From a virus (taxonomy: Duplodnaviria; Caudoviricetes): 38,258 nucleotides of DNA. The stretch is taken from positions 1-38,258 of IMG/VR virus record IMGVR_UViG_3300010381_000011; one strand, written 5' to 3'. Shown piece by piece: positions 34,266 through 38,258 of this stretch (positions are counted from its first letter, which is position 1; every line of letters begins with the position of its first letter). Made by a program: the position numbers and the translations under genes. The notes beneath the pieces were generated by a model. That model was not told the DNA's origin and made no database searches. It was given only the letters and a program-made list of their open reading frames with translations.

Positions 34266-35720
34266 ATGGCTGATTTTGGCGGCATGGTCCTGACCACCCA
34301 GGGCCTCAATCTGCTGGCCAAGGCCCAAACCGGCGCGGCCCTCGACATCACCCGTGTGGCTGCCGGCGCCGGCGTCTGGGCCGATGACACCAATGCCGAG
34401 GACGTGACGGCCCTGGTCGACGAGCGTCTGTCCGTCCCCATCCAATCCATGTCGGTCCAGGGGGATGGCACGGTCAAACTGACCGTGGTCATCAGCAACA
34501 GCGGCTTGGCCGCAGGGTTCATTTTTCGTGAGTTGGGCGTCTTTGCCCAGGACCCAGACCTCGGCGAAATCCTCTATGCGGTAGCCTATTCCGGCGACCG
34601 CTACGACTATCTGCCGGCGAGCACGACGACGGTCGAAAAGATCCTCGACATCTACATCGTGGTCGGCGGCGCGCAAAACGTCACGGCCACCATCTCTCCT
34701 GGTGCGATCTTGGCCCTCAAAGAGGACATCACGGCACACGAGAATGCCGATCCGGCCCATCCGTCCACGAAAATCGGCTTCGACAACACCACGGCTGTGC
34801 TGGCCGGCGAACCCGACCGGGCGCAATCCGCCATCGAGGCACTGGCTAACGAACTGGCGGATGCCGAGAGCGGTTTAGCCGCCCACGAAGCGGCCGACCC
34901 GGCGCACCCGGCCAGTCACATATCGTTTGACAACAGCGTGGCCAAGCTCCCCGGCGATCCTGACCGAACCCAAACCGCCATCGAGGCGCTGAATGCCAAT
35001 CTCATTGCCGCGCCGTATGCCACCCTCGATTATCCGACCGTCTGCACGGCGGATAACCGCGCGGGGGTGACCGGAGCGGCGGCGGCGGCCGGCGGCATTG
35101 TTTCCCTGCCGGCCGGGGTGACCATTGTCCTGGGCGAGGACTTGGGGGATGGGCTCGGCCGTATGCGGGCGTTTTCGCCGGCAGCGTGGCAATCGACCGA
35201 CCTTGATGCCGACAGCACGTATTATCTACGCGGCCAGGTGGCGGCGGATGGGACGCTGCTCGTCTATACGGCCAAGGGGACGGATAGCGACGCGATCCCG
35301 GACGGGCTCAAGGGTACGGTGGATGCGACTGAGAGCGGCGGCTTTGACTCAACCGTGTTGGACGTGCTGCTGGCCAAGGTGGTCACGGGCGCGGCCGGGT
35401 CCGCGCCGGCCATCACTCTCCTTGCCAATGCGGCAGTATTGTCAGCGAGTATATCTCGGACATCAACAGTATACAGTTCGACTGGAAACGACCCTGATAC
35501 ATACCAATTGTCGTGGGCCAGAGCGCCAAGACGTACATCGTTATCAAGTTACTCGGTCTATACGTCATCTGGCCATTATTGTGGTTTGTTTAGCCCTTCT
35601 CTTACATGCAATAGACATACGGCAACCGTCTATCCGTTCATTCAGGAGTATGCTAATTCTACAGCTATGCCAACAAATGGATATTACAAGGCACAGTATA
35701 AGTATAATCTAGAAAGCTAA
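34266..35720 (+). CDS. Tail fibre protein
   Basis: N-terminal LTTQGLNLLAKAQTG..FIFRELGVFAQDPDLGEILYA collar domain; SD AAGGAG before ATG 34266; internal repeat; AT-rich tip. Confidence 0.85.
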   Translation: MADFGGMVLTTQGLNLLAKAQTGAALDITRVAAGAGVWADDTNAEDVTALVDERLSVPIQSMSVQGDGTVKLTVVISNSGLAAGFIFRELGVFAQDPDLGEILYAVAYSGDRYDYLPASTTTVEKILDIYIVVGGAQNVTATISPGAILALKEDITAHENADPAHPSTKIGFDNTTAVLAGEPDRAQSAIEALANELADAESGLAAHEAADPAHPASHISFDNSVAKLPGDPDRTQTAIEALNANLIAAPYATLDYPTVCTADNRAGVTGAAAAAGGIVSLPAGVTIVLGEDLGDGLGRMRAFSPAAWQSTDLDADSTYYLRGQVAADGTLLVYTAKGTDSDAIPDGLKGTVDATESGGFDSTVLDVLLAKVVTGAAGSAPAITLLANAAVLSASISRTSTVYSSTGNDPDTYQLSWARAPRRTSLSSYSVYTSSGHYCGLFSPSLTCNRHTATVYPFIQEYANSTAMPTNGYYKAQYKYNLES

Positions 35721-35737
35721 CTACAAATGGAGGAAGT

Positions 35738-36268
35738 ATGGAATATACATATAAATATGATATTATAATAGGGTTAATTGAAGGCCATTGTGATAGAGGT
35801 ATCATTATACCGGACTCCATGGCGTCTATTCCGATTGATCGTCTCCGCATTGTTGATGGCGCTGCCGTCGACATTGGGAGCATGTCGCATTTTTACGTTG
35901 ACGGCAATAAGACAAAGCACGTGGTTCAGTCCGATCCGAATTGGCAGCCGTTGGATTGTGCGTGGGATGACATGCTATCATTGGAGGATGGGCAATGGCG
36001 AGTCGTCACATTGGCCGAACAACAGGCCGTCACCATCCGCGCCGAGCGAGACCGGCGCATTGCCGCGACGGATTATCTCGTGATGCCCGATTACCCCATT
36101 TCGGAGGCATTATTGACGGACGTTAAAGCCTACCGCCAAATACTGCGGGACCTGCCAACCCAGGACGGTTTCCCCTGGGGCGGCGACATATCCGCCGTGC
36201 CCTGGCCCGAGATGTCCACGATTTCCACGACCCCTTCCGAGTCCACCGAGGAGACCACCGCGTCATGA
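35738..36268 (+). CDS. Tail fibre assembly chaperone
   Basis: IRAERDRRIAATDYLVMPDYP..AYRQILRDLPTQDGFP..WP. Confidence 0.88.
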   Translation: MEYTYKYDIIIGLIEGHCDRGIIIPDSMASIPIDRLRIVDGAAVDIGSMSHFYVDGNKTKHVVQSDPNWQPLDCAWDDMLSLEDGQWRVVTLAEQQAVTIRAERDRRIAATDYLVMPDYPISEALLTDVKAYRQILRDLPTQDGFPWGGDISAVPWPEMSTISTTPSESTEETTAS

Positions 36269-37227
36269 GTTATCGCATCCTCTCCATCGACGGCGGCGGC
36301 ATCCTGGGGCTCATCCCGGCCATGGTCCTGGCCGAGATCGAGGCCCGGACCGGCCTTCTGGTCAGCGACCTCTTTGACTCGGTCTCCGGGACAAGCACAG
36401 GCGGCATCATCACTTGCGCCGGCGCTGTAGGCATCCCGGCGCAAAAAGTGGCCAACCTTTACCGCCAACGTGGCGGCGAGATTTTTAGCCGGCCGCTTCT
36501 CCATCGCCTTATCACGGGGTGGGGACTGTGGGGGGCGCAATACAGTGCAGCAGGCCTGGAGGCGGCCCTCTTTGATGTGTTCCAGGGACTCAAACTGTCT
36601 GATTGCGCCACAACCCTTCTCGTGCCGGCATATGACATAGAGGCCAGGACGTCGGTGTTTTTCAAGTCGGTCAAGGCGAGGTGGGCCGGAGTGGTTGGGA
36701 TTGATGCGCATTATGCGCGCTCGCGCGACTACTACTTGCGCGATGTGGCCCGGGCCACTTCCGCCGCACCGACTTTTTTCCCGCCGGCACGCATCATTTC
36801 CCTGGGCGGAACCGTCGTCACGGCCGTGGACGGCGGCCTCTATGCCAACAACCCGTCGACCTGCGCCCTGGCCCAGGTGGCCAAGGCCAGCCGCATGTAC
36901 GGCGCGGTCATGGTGTCGCTGGGCACGGGTTCGCGTCAGCGGCCGTATCTCTACAACAAGGCCCGGCATTGGGGAGTGCCCCGTTGGGCGCGCCCGCTCC
37001 TTGACTGCATGTTTGACGGGCAGTCTGACACGGCCAGCCATCAAGCCCAAGCACTGTTGCGGGACAAGTATTTCCGGCTTCAGCCGGCCCTGGCCAATGA
37101 CATCGCCATGGATGACGCCAGCCCCCAGACGCTGGAGCTGTTGGAGGCTGTGGCGCGCGGTTTCATCGCCGAGCAGGACGGGGTGATCGACAAGATTTGC
37201 GAGATGCTGCTGCCCAAGGCGGCATAA
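36265..37227 (+). CDS. Patatin-like phospholipase
   Basis: ILSIDGGG, GTSTG, ATSAAPTFF, DGGLYANNP, SLGTG. Confidence 0.94.
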   Translation: MSYRILSIDGGGILGLIPAMVLAEIEARTGLLVSDLFDSVSGTSTGGIITCAGAVGIPAQKVANLYRQRGGEIFSRPLLHRLITGWGLWGAQYSAAGLEAALFDVFQGLKLSDCATTLLVPAYDIEARTSVFFKSVKARWAGVVGIDAHYARSRDYYLRDVARATSAAPTFFPPARIISLGGTVVTAVDGGLYANNPSTCALAQVAKASRMYGAVMVSLGTGSRQRPYLYNKARHWGVPRWARPLLDCMFDGQSDTASHQAQALLRDKYFRLQPALANDIAMDDASPQTLELLEAVARGFIAEQDGVIDKICEMLLPKAA

Positions 37228-37229
37228 GT

Positions 37230-37307
37230 GGAGCAGGCGAGGTGGTAGCCGCCACCTCACTGGCCCGGTGTACGACCACCGGTCCACCGGCCGAAGCCGG
37301 CTGCTCC
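37230..37307 (-). ncRNA. Candidate cloverleaf RNA upstream of com
   Basis: Closing GGAGCAG/CTGCTCC and three hairpins; one has a cUUCGg loop on the minus strand; candidate minus-strand promoter at 37340-37368. Confidence 0.55.
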
Positions 37308-37375
37308 CTCCCCGTGATCTGGCGACCAAGGGTGTTGAGGGCGTAGCAGGCGGCGGCACAACAATCAACGGACTT

Positions 37376-37555
37376 ATGCGAGAAATTCGATGCGGTAACT
37401 GTGGCAAACTGTTGGCGAAAGGGGAGGCCGTAAACCTCTCCATCAAGTGCCCCAAGTGCAAGACGCTCAATCACGTGAGGGCCACGTGCCCCTGCCTAGA
37501 GAGCCCGAGAGCTCCAGCGAAGGAGACCTCGGATGGAACGCAAAACGATCTTTGA
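37376..37555 (+). CDS. com: Com family zinc-finger translational regulator
   Basis: MREIRCGNCGKLLAKG..IKCPKCKTLN; overlaps the downstream methylase as com does mom. Confidence 0.9.
   Translation: MREIRCGNCGKLLAKGEAVNLSIKCPKCKTLNHVRATCPCLESPRAPAKETSDGTQNDL
37505..37532 (+). promoter_or_regulatory. RBS-sequestering hairpin of the methylase (TIS-like)
   Basis: CCGAG/CTCGG and CTCC/GGAG pairings bury the SD directly before ATG 37533. Confidence 0.6.
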
Positions 37556-38258
37556 CAACGGCATATTGTATAACGGCGATGCCCTGGCGATCCTGCACGA
37601 CCTGCCGGATGCCTCAGTGGATGCCGTCCTGACCGACCCGCCGTATTCGAGCGGTGGGTTGCACGCAGGGGCGCGCCGGGCTGATCCTGCCCAAAAGTAC
37701 CAACAAACAGGGACCAAGCGAAGCTACCCGCCTATGCTTGGAGACTGTAAGGACCAGCGATCGTTTATCATGTGGGCGGCTTTGTGGCTGGGGGAGTGCT
37801 GGCGACTGGCCAAGCCAGGCGCGCCTTGCCTTGTGTTTAGCGACTGGCGGCAGCTGCCCGCGATGACGGATGCGGTTCAGGCCGCAGGGTGGGAATGGAG
37901 GGGCATTGTGGTCTGGCACAAGCCGAGCGCCCGGCCTATGATGGGCTGGTTTCGCCGGGATGCTGAGTTTGTGATCCACGCCGTGAAAACCCCGGCCAAG
38001 GCATTCAGTCGGCGCTGTTTCCCTGGCGTATTCAATCACCGGGTGGTGGCGGCCGACAAAGTCCACCTCACCAGCAAGCCGCTGCCGCTCCTGATTGACC
38101 TCCTCGGCGTCACGCCTGAGGGTGGTACGATCCTTGACCCATTTATGGGCGGCGGCACCACGGCCCTAGCCTGCCTGGAAACGGGTCGACGGTTTATCGG
38201 GGTGGAGTTGTCAGCGGAGTATTTTAAGTTGGCAGCGCATCGGATTCAGGCCGCTTAG
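37533..38258 (+). CDS. DNA N4-C/N6-A methyltransferase (beta class) at the mom position
   Basis: TDPPY before HLTSKP and DPFMGGGTT..GRRFIGVE. Confidence 0.93.
   Translation: MERKTIFDNGILYNGDALAILHDLPDASVDAVLTDPPYSSGGLHAGARRADPAQKYQQTGTKRSYPPMLGDCKDQRSFIMWAALWLGECWRLAKPGAPCLVFSDWRQLPAMTDAVQAAGWEWRGIVVWHKPSARPMMGWFRRDAEFVIHAVKTPAKAFSRRCFPGVFNHRVVAADKVHLTSKPLPLLIDLLGVTPEGGTILDPFMGGGTTALACLETGRRFIGVELSAEYFKLAAHRIQAA

Larger units (their letters stand above)
1..38258. mobile_element. Mu-like transposable prophage (coding span; termini not included)
   Basis: Divergent repressor/ner, DDE transposase plus AAA ATPase, gam, gp27-gp30-like head genes, protease I, gp36, contractile tail, com plus methylase, all in Mu-like order. 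Confidence 0.96.

Noticed and set aside
35435-35720. Tail fibre tip as a DGR variable region or invertible G segment
   Set aside because: No template repeat, reverse transcriptase, invertase or flanking inverted repeats seen in the window
36265-37227. Patatin as part of a CBASS operon
   Set aside because: No CD-NTase or Cap2/Cap3 genes nearby; it is translationally coupled to tail genes
37230-37307. Cloverleaf as a tRNA
   Set aside because: No D-loop or T-loop consensus, no 7-nt anticodon loop and no CCA end
1-38258. Mu termini (TG..CA, 5-bp target duplication, MuA binding sites)
   Set aside because: The window is cut at the first and last stop codons, so the ends cannot be seen

Overview
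The window is a nearly complete Mu-like transposable prophage (GC-rich). The gene set and composition suggest a Desulfovibrio/Solidesulfovibrio-type host, but that is inference. It runs from the repressor stop codon (1) to the DNA methyltransferase stop codon (38258), so the TG..CA ends are outside the window. Gene order: repressor; early operon (Ner-like, MuA, MuB, Gam, HU, GemA-like, candidate late activator); lysis module (secreted nuclease, lipoprotein, lytic transglycosylase, holin-like); head genes (terminase, portal, MuF with a PBECR2-like extension, protease/scaffold, capsid); contractile tail genes with a GGGAAAG -1 frameshift; patatin; com and an N4/N6 methyltransferase. The most striking signals are non-coding. 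(i) Three type II hammerhead ribozymes sit in the early operon, two of them bracketing an 808-nt cassette with overlapping opposite-strand ORFs. (ii) A predicted antisense three-way-junction/kissing-loop RNA converges on the MuF-PBECR2 gene, which has no adjacent immunity ORF. (iii) A cloverleaf RNA with a cUUCGg loop lies upstream of com. (iv) A shared motif precedes two apparently leaderless late operons. All calls come from reading the sequence and recognising motifs; no searches were run.
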